A stretch of 64,000 nt of DNA. Source: Veleropilina oligotropha (lineage: Eukaryota). The DNA is taken from positions 124,001-188,000 of the forward strand of contig JBEUKZ010000137.1 in the NCBI GenBank assembly GCA_048128005.1, read 5' to 3'. The notes beneath the pieces are model-generated. The model had not been told where the DNA came from. It ran no database searches and worked only from the letters and a program-made list of their open reading frames with translations. Below are positions 42,523 to 55,568 of this stretch, piece after piece (within the stretch, counting starts at the first letter, position 1; each line of letters starts with the position of its first letter). Position numbers and translations under genes: made by a program.

Positions 42523-42687
42523 TTAATCTAACATAAGAGATAGATTAAAAAGTCATTTCATGTTCTTCGGAAGGAGATGGTAAAGTATAGTTCCAATCTC
42601 TCTTCCAACTGCAGATAGATATGCCAGAAAAATTGTCAAAATGCACTTGTACGAGTAATAATTATTAATAGTACGAGACACCATTCG

Positions 42688-43140
42688 TTGTTTTTATGTC
42701 TTGACCTTTTTGACAAAAAAGGACAAGACATTATCAAATGGTCCGTGTGTATATACATATATACTTATATATATATATATCCGCTGATTTTCTCAAAACT
42801 ACTGAACCAATTATCCCGAAAATTGGTACACACATTCCCAAGATTATTTGTAGGTCGTGTATATAACTTTCGCGACATAATTTTGCAAAAATATGCATTT
42901 ATTAGGCACTTTAATGCATATTTGTATATAGCGTATGTCTAATATTGCAAGCAAAGAGCAATGACGTCATTACGACGTCGCTTTAGATTAATCGTCATTT
43001 GGTGATGTCACAATCGACGGGGTAGTAAATTAAGCCATGAAAGCTTGCACTTATATAGCCATTGTAACGTTATAACTGCTATGAAAATTTGACGGAAATA
43101 AAGAAAGGTCAAGACATATTCCAAATGCGTCGTACTTGTT
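42688..43140 (-). mobile_element. HINE-like element; opposite-strand copy nested at 50006-50422
   Basis: tttatgtcttgaccttt...aaggacaagacattatcaaatggtc and aaaatttgacggaaataaagaaa.gtcaa match 50006-50422 in reverse. Confidence 0.8.
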
Positions 43141-43678
43141 GATATCGGAAGTTTGCATGAGTTGCTTCCTTGTCCATCACACGAGTTTGACTGACATGGA
43201 AGCAACCCATGCAATCTGTTCCCATATGAATAATAATGAATTGGTGTAGAGTATTAAAATTGACTGGCGCAAACCTCACCCAGTCACATGCATGCGTGAA
43301 TGGATCACTTACAGGCACGATTCAGCCATTAAACTGTTTACAACTACGCGAAGAGGAAACAAGATTTTATGACTATCGCAGTGTATAATGTTCCATTGAA
43401 TCAGTAATTGAACTGTTTACAACTATCTTACAATGTTTATAATTATATGCATACACATTCGCTACATGTGAGTTTGAACTGTGTCATTGTATCCGGTGGG
43501 TGGTGCTTGCAGCATCCAAATGAGTGCGATACTTGGTATCGCACGGGCGATACTTGGTATCGCACGGGCGATACTTGGTATCGCACGGGCGATACCAATA
43601 TCAATGAATGGGAAGATGAAAGGAAATTTGCTGAGATGTACGCCAAATTACAGTTACAACATTTGCCTGCTTTCATAC

Positions 43679-43800
43679 CTGGCCACTGTTGAGAATCTGA
43701 AAGCAGTCGATCTCCACAGGTCTGCCTTCCCGTGCAAGATGCGGAATTTCATGAAGTTTTTGTCCATCAAGGCTCATAACATGGAAACCCTTCTTGCTGC
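43679..43800 (-). CDS. DENND3: DENND3-like gene, WD40 exon
   Basis: ttttacag/gtatga; encodes CSKKGFHVMSLDGQKLHEIPHLAREGRPVEIDCFQILNSGQ; phase 1 to 0. Confidence 0.85.
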
Positions 43801-43812
43801 CTGTAAAAGTAG

Positions 43813-46503
43813 ACTAGAGGTACGATCCTCATACAGGCCCGCCTTTTGGATATATAAATCCATAGAGAGGAAAATAATCAATAACTCTATATCTTCAAAG
43901 TGCCACCTGGAACGGAAATACACGAAAATGACCTTGACCTTTGACCCAGAGACTCCATTTTTGAACTTAACCAAGGCCTGATGGTATACAAGGTGCATAC
44001 CCAAGATGAAAGCTGTAGGTCCAGCGGTTCATCTTCTGTGACAGAAAGCAATCTTCGAAGTGCCAGAACGGAAATACACGAAAATGACCTTGACCTTTGA
44101 CCCAGCGACCCCATCTTTGAACTTGGGCTAGGCCTGATGGTATACAAGGTGCATACCTAATATGAAAGGTGTAGGTCCAGCGGTTCGTCTTCTATGTGAC
44201 AGAAAGCAATCTTCGAAGTGCCAGAACGGAAATACACGGAAATAACCTTGACCTTTGACCCAGCGACCCCATCTTTGAACTTGGGCTAGGCCTGATGGGA
44301 TACAAGGTGCATACCCAATATGAAAGGTGTAGGTCCAGCGGTTCGTCTTCTATGTGACAGAAAGCAATCTTCGAAGTGCCAGAACGGAAATACACGGAAA
44401 TGACCTTGACCTTTGACCCAGCGAGCCCATCTTTGAACTTGGGCTAGGCCTGATGGTATACAAGGTGCATACCCAATATGAAAGGTGTAGGTCCAGCGGT
44501 TCGTCTTCTATGTGACAGAAAGCAATCTTCGAAGTGCCAGAACGGAAATACACGAAAATGACCTTGACCTTTGACCCAGCGACCCCATCTTTGAACTTGG
44601 GCTAGGCCTGATGGTATACAAGGTGCATACCCAATATGAAAGGTGCAGGTCCAGCGGTTCGTCTTCTATGTGACAGAAAGCAATCTTCGAAGTGCCAGAA
44701 CGGAAATACACGAAAATGACCTTGACCTTTGACCCAGCGACCCCATCTTTGAACTTGGGCTAGGCCTGATGGTATACAAGGTGCATACCCAATATGAAAG
44801 GTGTAGGTCCAGCGGTTCGTCTTCTATGTGACAGAAAGCATCAGGCGACGGACGACGGACGCCAGTACACGGCTATAGCCCTGCCTTTAGAAGGCGGGCC
44901 AAAAATGACCTTGACCTTTGATCCAGTGATCCCATCTTTGAACCTAGGCAAGGCCTGATGGTATACAAGGCGTATACGCAATATGAAAGGTGTAGGTTCA
45001 GTGGTTCGTCTTCTATGTGACAGAAAGCAATCTTCAAAGTACCATTAGAAACGGAATAGATGACCCATTGACCCCATTTTTGAACTTGGGGAAGGCCTGA
45101 TGGTATACAAGGTGAAAGGTATAGGTCCAACGGTTCGTCTTCTATGTGACAGAACGCAAACTTCCAAGTTTCAGAACGGAAATACACGAAAATGACCTTG
45201 ACCTTTGACTCAGAGACCCCATCATTGAAGTTGGGCAAGGCCTGATGGTATACAAGGTGTATATCCAATATGAAAGGTGTAGGTCCAGCAGTTCATATTC
45301 TATGTGACAGAAAGCAATCTTGTAAGTGTCAGAACGGAAATACACGAAAATGACATTGACCTTTGACCCAGTGACCCTATATTTGAACTTGAGCAAGGCC
45401 TGGTGGTATACAAGGTGCATACCCAATATGAAAGGTGTAGGTCCAGCGGTTCATCTTCTATGTGACAGAAAGCAATCTTGTAAGTGCCAGAACGGAAAGA
45501 CACGAAAATGACATTGACCTTTGACCCAGTAACTCCATCTTTGAACTTAGCCAAGGCCTGATGGTATGCAAGGTGTATACCCATTATGAAAGCTGTAGGT
45601 CCAGCGGTTCATCTTCTATGCGACAGAAAGCAATCTTCGAAGTGCCAGAACGGAAATACACGAAAATGACATTGACCTTTGACCCAGTAACCCTATCTTT
45701 GAACTTGAGCAAGGCCTGATGGTATACAAGGTGCATACCCAATATGAAAGGTGTAGGTCCAGCGGTTCATCTTCTATGTGACAGAAAGCAATCTTCGAAG
45801 TGCCAGAACGGAAATACACGAAAATGACATTGACCTTTGACCCAGTGACCCTATCTTTGAACTTGAGCAAGGCCTGATGGTATACAAGGTGCATACGCAA
45901 TATGAAAGGTGTAGGTCCAGCGGTTCATCTTCTATGTGACAGAAAGCAATCTTGTAAGTGCCAGAACGGAAAGACACGAAAATGACATTGACCTTTGACC
46001 CAGTAACTCCATCTTTGAACTTAGCCAAGGCATGATGGTATACAAGGTGTATACCCATTATGAAAGCTGTAGGTCCAGCGGTTCATCTTCTATGTGACAG
46101 AAAGAGTCACATAAAGCAATCTTGTAAGTGCCAGAATGGAAATACACGAAAATGACATTGACCTTTGACCCAGTAACTCCATCTTTGAACTTAGCCAAGG
46201 CCTGATGGTATACAAGGTGTATACCCATTATGAAAGCTGTAGGTCCAGCGGTTCATCTGCTATGTGACAGAAAGCAATCTTCGAAGTGACAGAACGGAAA
46301 TACATGAAAATGACCTTGACCTTTGACCCAGCGACCCCATCTTTGAACTTGGGCTAGGCCTGATGGTATATAAGATGTATACCAAATATGAAAGGAGTAA
46401 GTCCAGCGGTTCATCTTCTATGTGACAGAAAGCATCAGGCGACGGACGACGGACGGACGCCACTCCACGGCTATAGCCCTGCCTTTAGAAGGCGGGCCAA
46501 AAA
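43813..46503 (+). mobile_element. HINE-like element with about 15 units of a 158-bp satellite and two 3' ends
   Basis: actagaggtacgatcctcatacaggcccgcc start; 3' module gacggacgcc...ctatagccctgcctttagaaggcgggcc at both 44840-44903 and 46430-46503. Confidence 0.9.
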
Positions 46504-46559
46504 TGAAAGTTACACTTTAAACTATAAATGTGTCTTTCTACACTGCAGATGTCTGTTAT

Positions 46560-47527
46560 ATACATTTATCACATATCTAGGTCATTCTCCCATAGTGCAA
46601 CACCGTGTATTATTCGTCGTAATACACGTGTGCGAAAGCCATTTTGAAATGCGATTGGATGAATAATGAATGAAATTAGAACAGCCAATATAAATGCGTG
46701 TCACTAAAGGTCGAGCGGACTTCTTGTTTTTACTACGTTTTGTTTACTATAATGTCATAATGAGATTGCCGCCAATAATTGTAATGTTGACATTATGGCG
46801 GCGATAGTGGAAACATTTATCGCAACGGACACAAAACAACAACATGTTAGAGATTATTGGAACTGATTTTGAGGTAACGATATTGCAGACGCGACAATCA
46901 CATATATGCAGGACCCGAGGTACGTATACATAGCTTCTCCGCGATAGCAGACGTGAATGACAGATTCAAACCGGTCAGCGACACATATATCCCGCATTAC
47001 TGTTTTTGGCAGACAGTTTTAAATCCTAATGAAAATTGTTATTCTAATATGTTCATATAGTTTAAATAAAGTTATATCGGTTCATTTTCAAAGAATATTT
47101 ATTAGTTAACTTAATTAATCAACTACTTTTGCACTCTTTTTAGACGGCATTAATGTTACTAATTTATGTAATGAGTAAACACGTCCTTTTTGCATTAAAC
47201 TGTTTACATATCACTACGCCGTAATGTCGCCTTCAATCTACCGCTGATTCTTCGTACCGGTGAGGCAATTTCGTGACTTTGTAGTTTGTTTCCTACTGAA
47301 GAGCGATATGTGATAAACAGAACCTCACACTCGTGGTAATGTAATATCACATTTATGAAACTCGTTTAACTAATTTTCATATTTTCCTCGGCAAGCCTCG
47401 GAAAATATGAAAATTAGTTAAACTCGTTTCATAAATGTGATATTACAAGCCTCGGAAAATATGAAAATTAGTTAAACGAGTTTCATAAATGTGATATTAC
47501 ATTACCACTCATATGAGATCCTCTATT
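46560..47527. mobile_element. Long-hairpin non-autonomous element (Crypton-like) with a duplicated hairpin arm
   Basis: gcgattgg/ccaat near the left end; hairpin around cctcggcaagcctcgg; ends gagatcctctat. Confidence 0.7.
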
Positions 47528-47883
47528 TAAACTTCATCAATATAGCAGTAGCACATCATGCTTGCATGTAAAATTATTACGTTATGTCTGAGTAATGCAA
47601 TTATGTACCGATTTCAGACATTTTTCCAATGCATATCTTTCCTTGTTAACTAGCAATCAATGTATGAGGCATTGACTTGGCGATTTCCTTATTTTTTTAC
47701 AATTTGTGACATATCATCGATGGACTGTTATTATCTACTTCTGTTAAGCGAGTAAATTCATAGCCTTGGTCTTAATATCCATTACGCTACTGAAGCGACC
47801 GCGATAATATGTCCCTACATTTATGTTAAATGGGACATAGACGACTAATTCAAGCCGAACCAACCGATCCTAATTATACTTAC

Positions 47884-48020
47884 AACACCACAACTTTCCC
47901 TCGAACAACGTCATACTTCGTAATGTCCGCACATTGGGTAGTTCGAGCCGCTGAGCTATTCGGAGAGAGGCTGCATCCCATTTGAATATAGTTCCATCCA
48001 GGCTGGCAGTGAAGACGTAG
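47884..48020 (-). CDS. DENND3: DENND3-like gene, WD40 exon
   Basis: gtcgtag/gtaagt; encodes YVFTASLDGTIFKWDAASLRIAQRLELPNVRTLRSMTLFEGKLWC; phase 2 to 1; not in the ORF track. Confidence 0.9.
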
Positions 48021-48358
48021 CTACGACAAAAATTATGAACACGTCAGGTTAAATGCTCATCAAATCAACGTTGATTGGCAACATTGTTTTACGACCACTT
48101 TTAGCAATTTTTTCAGCTGTATCGTAGTTGAGACACCCGGTTTAAGGTCTCGCTCCAATCTGACCAACATACATTAGGGATATGCCATCTATTATTTTTA
48201 AGCGTTACAATAGCAACGCCGGAGCTGGGGTTTGAACACACAATGTACCGTCCCACTTATCGTTATTCCGACGCTTTAACCAGTTGAGCGATCCAGGATG
48301 GTCAAATCAGTGTTCAACAAAAGTAGTAGATCATATAATAATATTAATATTACTATAT

Positions 48359-50309
48359 ACTAGAGGTATGCTCCTCATACTGGCCCGCCTTTTGTATATA
48401 ATACATCCCGTGATCCATAGAGATTAAATAATCAATAACTCAACAATAAATTTCGTAGTCACTGTCAGAAAGTATATATGTTACAATAGACCTTTGACCC
48501 AGTGACCCAACTTTGAACTACGCAAGGCCTGATGGTATACAAGGTGTATACAAAATATGACAAGATCCCATTAGACAAGAGCCCGTTAGAAAACGGATTC
48601 ATTCCCCGCCTTCTGCAATCACTCTGATACAAACTTTAACCAAAATTTATATGTCCCAACACATCAAGTTTCTTCAATATTTATACAAAATAATATTCAA
48701 TATCATTGATAGAGTAAAAGGTGGTATCAATATAAGTATCACCAAAGAATATGTATGCAATAATGGCACAGAACAGAAATTCACTCAAGTTTAACCAAAA
48801 TTTCTATGTCCATAAACAATAATTTCATATGTTATTTATATTATAAATCACTTGCAGATGAGGGAGCAGCATCAATATAGTCAACACTCAAATATATGGA
48901 TGTAAAACAGTGCATAGAGCAACCCATATGCCCATTGAAAAATTTCACCAAAACTTTAACCAAAATTCTATGTCCACAAACACCTATTTCTATGCAATAA
49001 TTATATTAAATTTAATTCAGCATCACTTCCATAGTATGAGTTAACATTCATATTATCAATACCAAAGCATATATACACCAAAATGTTGTTTCAACACCCA
49101 TATACACTCAATGAAAAACTTTAACCAGAAACTTTAACCAAAATTTTTATGTTCAATAACACCTACAATTATGCAATAATTATATTAAATTTTATTCAAT
49201 CTCACTTCCAGAGTACCAGGTGTCATCCATATAATGCATACAAAAGCATATATATGCTAAAAAGTATCATGGGCAAGCTACATACACTCAATTCAAAACT
49301 TTAACCAAATTGTTTACGGATGGACGGATGGACATGGCAACAACAATATCCCCCACTCCCTTCGGGCGGGGGATAAAAACCATAGCTCCAGCGGTTCGTC
49401 TTCTATGTGACAGAAAGCATCATCTTCCAAGTCAAGAATGGAAATACACGAAAATGACTTTGACCTTTGATGCAGTGACCCCAGCTTTGAAATTAGGCAA
49501 AGCCTGATGGTATACAAGGTGTATACCAAATATGAAAAGCGTAGGTCCAACGGTTTGTCTTCTATTTGACAGAAAGCAATCTTCCAAGTCTAGATTGGAA
49601 ATACACCAAAACGACATTGACATATGACCCAGTGACCTCATCTTTGAATTTAGGCAAAGCCTGATGGTACACAAGGTGTATACCAAATATGAAAAGCGTA
49701 GGTCCAGCGCTTCATCTTGTGATTGACAGAAAGCAAGCTTCCAAGTCCAGATTGGAAATACACAAAAACGACGTTGATCTTTGACCCAGTGACCCCATCT
49801 TTGAACTTAGTCAAGGCCTGATGGGATAAAAGGTGTATACCAAATATGAAAAGCGTAGGTCCAGTGGTTCGTCTGCTATGTGACAGAAAGCGATCTTCCA
49901 AGTCAAGAACGGAAATACACGAAAACGACCTTGACCTTTGACCCAGTGACCCCATATTTGAACTTGGGCAAGGCCTAATGGTATACAAGGTGTATACCAA
50001 ATATGACAAGAACGACGCGTTCGGAATATGTTTTGACATTTCTTTATTTCCGTCAAATTTTCAGAACAGTTATAACGTTACAATGGCGAAGTATGTATGC
50101 ATGCATGCATGCATGCATGCATGCATGCATGCATGCATGCATGCATGCATGCATGCATGCATGCATGCATGCATGCATGCATGCATGCATACATACATAC
50201 ATACATACATACATACATACATACATACATACATACATACATACATACATACATACATACATACATACATACATACATACATACATACATACATACATAC
50301 ATACATACA

Positions 50310-50345
<36 letters not shown>

Positions 50346-50630
50346 TATATGTATATGTGTATATACACACAGACCATTTGATAATGTCTTGTCCTTTTTA
50401 ACAAAAAGGTCAAGACATAAAAAGCGTAGGTCCATCGGTTCGTCTTCTATATGACAGAAAGCAATCTTTCAAGTCCAGATGGCCTGATGGTATACAAGGT
50501 GTATAACAAATATGAAAAGCATAGGTCCAGCGGTTAGTCTTCTATGTGACAGAAAGCAATCAGCGGACGTCGACGCTGCCGACGGACGCCAGTCCATGAC
50601 TATAGCCCTGCCTAGCACGCGGGCCAAAAA
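48359..50630 (+). mobile_element. Older copy of the 158-bp-satellite HINE family with two nested insertions
   Basis: actagaggtatgctcctcatactggcccgcc start; ctatagccctgcc...gcgggccaaaaa end. Confidence 0.85.
50092..50370. repeat. Compound microsatellite (ATGC)n(ATAC)n(AT)n
   Basis: Directly visible. Confidence 0.97.
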
Positions 50631-51264
50631 TGTTTTATAAATTAGTTATTATGTGAAGCGCGACAAAGCTTGACCAACCATCTTGGTTGCTTCTATAGTA
50701 TTGACAAACAACAAACCCCTCTGGTCACCATAAGTGTTAACCTCCCTGATATCGTGCAGGTCAGACCCGCATTTTTTACCCATTACCCGCACACCCGCAA
50801 GAGGCCTAGAATGACCTGCAAAACGAAAAATTGGAAAAAAATATATTTTGTTCATTTTCATGCGGATGATTCAGTCATAGAAATGATTAAAATCACTGAC
50901 CATTTAAGTACTTTCTTACTGTAATTCGCTATGATTGCACTCAGTCCATGAGAAGTGTTTGCTTAGCACAGAACCAACTATGGTCAAGAAACAAAGGCAT
51001 ATCCTGTTCCCAATTAACACATCCCGCATATGTCGACAAGTTCTGTGCAGTCACACATGTTGCTGTCTTGTTTATTCATAGAACTATTACAAACTTCTGA
51101 TTACCTTGCATTGTATCTGGCCAGTCTGTCACTGCTTTGAAAGAACTACATATAATTATTGACCAGTAAGAGAAAGCTTCACGTTTAAATTGAAATCAAA
51201 GCCGGCCATTGTCATATCGGGATAGTCTATATATCATTCAGACGGGGGTGTCTGAATGATTGTA

Positions 51265-51667
51265 CAGGCACGGATCCAGGGGGGGGCGCACCCAGCACGC
51301 GTCCCACCTAAAGCTGGTCAAGCATACTAAAACAATATGTATAATCTGATACAAATGACTTTCAGAACATTATAAATAGGCCTACCCCAAAATACTAAAG
51401 TTGAATTGTATTACTATTAGCTTTTGCAATGTAATAATGCAGGAGGGGGGATTTCACACCGTAAATTGTCAAAATTATGACAAAAATAAAATTAAAATGT
51501 GACTCGTGCTATTTGAGTGACGGTGGTTCATAAAAAGTTAGAATGAAATATCGCTTTTGCCCTGTCAGAGTGCAGGAGAGGGGGTTTCAGGCTGTTGATT
51601 GTCAAAATTTTCTTTCGCGTGGTAAATTCTGCGCCCCCCCTAAGAAAAATTCCTGGATCCGCGCCTG
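51265..51667. mobile_element. MITE with CAGG..GGATCCAGG TIRs; miniature relative at 53918-54047
   Basis: caggcacggatccagg / cctggatccgcgcctg. Confidence 0.8.
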
Positions 51668-53228
51668 TTGTATATAAAGATAAATTAATGATTAAATAAT
51701 TCAACATAATAGTAAAAATGCATAATCAAGTGTCTTTGTTTAGTAAAATAAATCGGCATGATTATATCATAACGATATTTGCAAGTTAATGTACGAAAGT
51801 TAGGCCTATTTGTTATAACTATAACCTGTCCCCCCTTATTCGGGCTAGTCTATTACACGTTTTAATAATAATTATAAATAAGAATAGTATTTATTTTTCT
51901 TATAGTCTACATTCATAATACTTAGTAAAATGCATAATAAATTTGAATATGACATGTGCCATGCAAAGAGAGAGAAGAAGTGAAAGTGGAATCTCTTCTA
52001 AATGCACGTGGCTATAACAATTCAAGGAGATAACTGTAAATGGCAATTTTTTTTAAGAGCTGTCAAATTTATTTATTATTAAAATATGAATACTTAAAAA
52101 AGATATAATTAGCCCCTAATTAATTTGATAAATGTGTTAATATCTATATATACACAGGCATCTTCAAATTTTATGATATAATAATTATCTAAAACATATT
52201 TTAATCAGGGTTTTAAAATAATTGACATTAAAATATTTTTTCAAAATATTTCAATGTTTTTTAAAATGCTGTTACATGGTGGAGAATCATTGGCATGACA
52301 GTCATTATTTATTATAGTGTTCTATGGATAGTATTATGTATGATTGAAACAATTTAGGTAAAATATGATGATATAAATGTCAAATTAGAATAAGCAATTT
52401 TAGGAAAATATATCCAGCAAAAAACTTCTAGGAGGCATAAACCACTTGAAATCTCCCCAACAATTGCTAATCTCCAGCACAGCAACTTTAAAGATTTCTC
52501 CAGCGAGCCCTGTTAGAGTTAACACCTATATGCATATATACCGATATATTTATCAAATTTGAACAAATGATTATAGCAAAATCTCCAGCTCCCCCAAAAC
52601 CACTTTGAATCTCCCCAACAATTGCTAATCTCCCCCAAGTTTACATATGATCTCCAGCGAGCACCCCGTCATAGGTTAACACCTATGGGTCACTAATAAC
52701 CAGAAGAACTGCTACACAACAGAATTTGGTATGCAAATCATACCCAGAGTATCGTTTGAGGGTAGGTTGTGTTGTGCTGGTTTTTATGGTTTCCTCTGAC
52801 TATAACAATTGTGGTGATGGGCTTGGCGGAGTTTCCACATTACTGTTTGACTTGAATCGGTAATTCGTGTCCTAGTTAACGCCTTCAGGGTCATACCAGA
52901 GATCTCCACATTGTTACGGGGTAAAAGTGCGGGCACCGGGAAAACCCCCTTTCACCATCCATGTATGGACCACTGTGACTGTCCACTCTACAAAGTGTCG
53001 AGTCGATGATTCGAAATCACTCAAAGTCATTGCAAAAAGTATGAGTGAATTTGCTACATTACTTTAAACACATGCAGCTACTTATAGTGTAACCCACGAC
53101 AACACAAATAACGAAGAAAACATTTCTTTAACATTTAATGACATCAATATACAAAAGATATGACTTATAATTTTAAAACATTCGTCTAAAATTACAGTGT
53201 CAGATTTTGCGGTAATTGATATGCTTAC

Positions 53229-53374
53229 CCAGGTTCATCAGACGGTATGATCGCTGTTACCAGATCCCGATGTTCGACGAGAGTTTTGTTGCACGTGATC
53301 GTCTCTGTATCGATGATATACACACCATGTGACCCAGCCCAGACATGGTGTAACCCAATCGCCATCAGGCAAAC
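53229..53374 (-). CDS. DENND3: DENND3-like gene, WD40 exon
   Basis: tttcag/gtaagc; encodes VCLMAIGLHHVWAGSHGVYIIDTETITCNKTLVEHRDLVTAIIPSDEPG; phase 0 to 2; not in the ORF track. Confidence 0.9.
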
Positions 53375-54423
53375 CTGAAATATACACACCATGTGACCCG
53401 GTGTATCAAATCGCCATCAAGCAAACCTGAAATAGACACACCATGTGACCCAGTGTAAGCCAATCGCCATCAAGCAAACTTGAAGTATACACACCATGTG
53501 ACTCAGTGTAAACCAATCACCATTAAACAAACCTGAAATAGGAAACTATATGTAGTGTATCCGAAGATAATGATCAAAAGATTTAACTCAAATTCAATAA
53601 TTAAATTGATTGAAAATTATGCAAAATATATATAACTATATATTGTTTTCTGGACATTGAAAATAAGTGCTGTCGTAGCTTACATAAAAAGAACATGATT
53701 GAACGCTCGTGGTTCGAACATTAGTCACATCTAATTAGCTTCGGCTAGGAAGTGTATATTGTGGTGTGTGTAATGGAGTGGTTACGATGCTGCATCACAA
53801 AGTCAGAGACCTGTCCCATCCCAGGGAGCCGTGAATATTTCCAATCAATGCTAGCTAATTCCACAACACACTTCATATCACATGGGCATCAAAACTGGTC
53901 CGGTTGCGGATATTTGTCAAGGGTGGATCCAGGGGGTCCGGACCGCCAATTTTTTTTACAAGTAACAATTTAGGTTGTAAGAAAAATATGGCGTTTTGCA
54001 GTCAGCAATTGGCCCCCTCACATTTTAAAATCCTGGATCCGCCCCTGAATTTGTTTACATTAAAATGAAAAAATCATCCGCGTAAGGACTACCTCTCTCT
54101 CCAGGCAGATAATGTACGAATACTCCGTATCTTACTAATATGTATGTAGTATAACAAAATGCCGTCACTGCATTAGGAGAGTTCCTTCATAGCATTCGCC
54201 GTACCAATGTCAATTTGCTTCCGACGCCCCTATAATTCAAAGTTGAATACCAAGGCAAATAATCGAACCCATTCTTGTAAAGCAGTGCAGGCAGGCTCTT
54301 ATCCACTCAGCCATCGGGTGGCCCAAGCTAAAAGAGCAAGACTGTGCAAATACATAGAGAGAAAACATGAACTTTATCCATAACAGTGTGCGATGCAGAT
54401 TGTATGCAATATGTATGCCTCAC

Positions 54424-54545
54424 CACTGTATTCTTAGCTTGTACAAAATTGCTCTCGAGTTCCCAAGTAATGGCATCGTACACTTTAATCTTGCCGTCCC
54501 CCATTGCGCACCACAACCTCGGAGACAATTTATCTTTGGCAGGAT
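54424..54545 (-). CDS. DENND3: DENND3-like gene, exon starting the WD40 region
   Basis: tttcag/gtgagg; encodes DPAKDKLSPRLWCAMGDGKIKVYDAITWELESNFVQAKNTV (cf. DENND3 PKLWCALSEGKVTVF); phase 1 to 0. Confidence 0.92.
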
Positions 54546-55568
54546 CTGAAAGAGAAAGGAAAAGATCAATGATTAATGTCCTGTATATTTAAAGTCTTCA
54601 GGTTCAAACTAGGACATGTCCGTATTATCATGGAAAAACCGGTCAGCTCGACCAGCGATTGCTAACTGAACAAAGAAAGCCATTGGCCCAGCCGAGATTC
54701 AACCCACTCCTTCTAGATGTAACTAACAGTAGGGCCATCCTTCGACAGTTCCAACTACAGTTACGACTGAAAAATTGTAAAAAATGTGTTAGTAGCACTA
54801 AACTATTTCACAGGAAACCTGTTCATCGGCAATAGCGTCATCTGTTCATGACTAATATGTTGTAGGTAGCACCTAGATACGAACGCAGAATAGGGATTAT
54901 ACACAAATAAAAATTATGAAATCCGTACCCTGTCTTCTTATTCATAACGTTAGCTGACACACATATTCCGCGACGTCACTCATTGTTGCTTAGCTACGCA
55001 TTTTCTCTGACGTCACAATTGTCAAAACATTACGCCATTCTTGCAGAAAAAGATATATGCACAGACAATTGCAATGGGTTTATATCAATTTGTCGCGTTA
55101 TTAATGTTATTGTACTTGGATAATTTGAAGTTTAAAATCGGCCGTTGTCCGTAATTTCGTTGTTTTGCATATCGCGATGGTGCGAGATTTGGTACTCCAA
55201 TGTAAAAATACCGAATTTCCTTCGAAACATGGCTGACTAGAGTTTGTGCAGTGGTCAATTCGTGACCATCCGGTTCAAGTTGCAAGGTATGCACAGGTAG
55301 ATATTGTGGTCGTGTCCCTAATCCATAGGACGAACTTCGTTCGTTATAAAGGCATGGATATGGATCCATAGATGGAGATAAATGGCCACATCTGTAGACA
55401 TCGTCCTTGGCGAATCAATTAATGAGTACAAAGATGAAATGTCTATTTTTGTTCAAAAGCCAGAGAAACAAATACAAAATGACAGAGTTAAATATCGTGT
55501 TTTGAGGTCATATGACATACAAAATATACAAACACAGAATCCGCATCCTGAAGCGGAAGAGCACTCAC

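Noticed and set aside
43774..46666. Recurrent 67-131-aa ORFs
   Set aside because: Translations of 158-bp satellite units with stops in every frame
49978..50454. MHAC/YIHT ORFs
   Set aside because: Microsatellite translations
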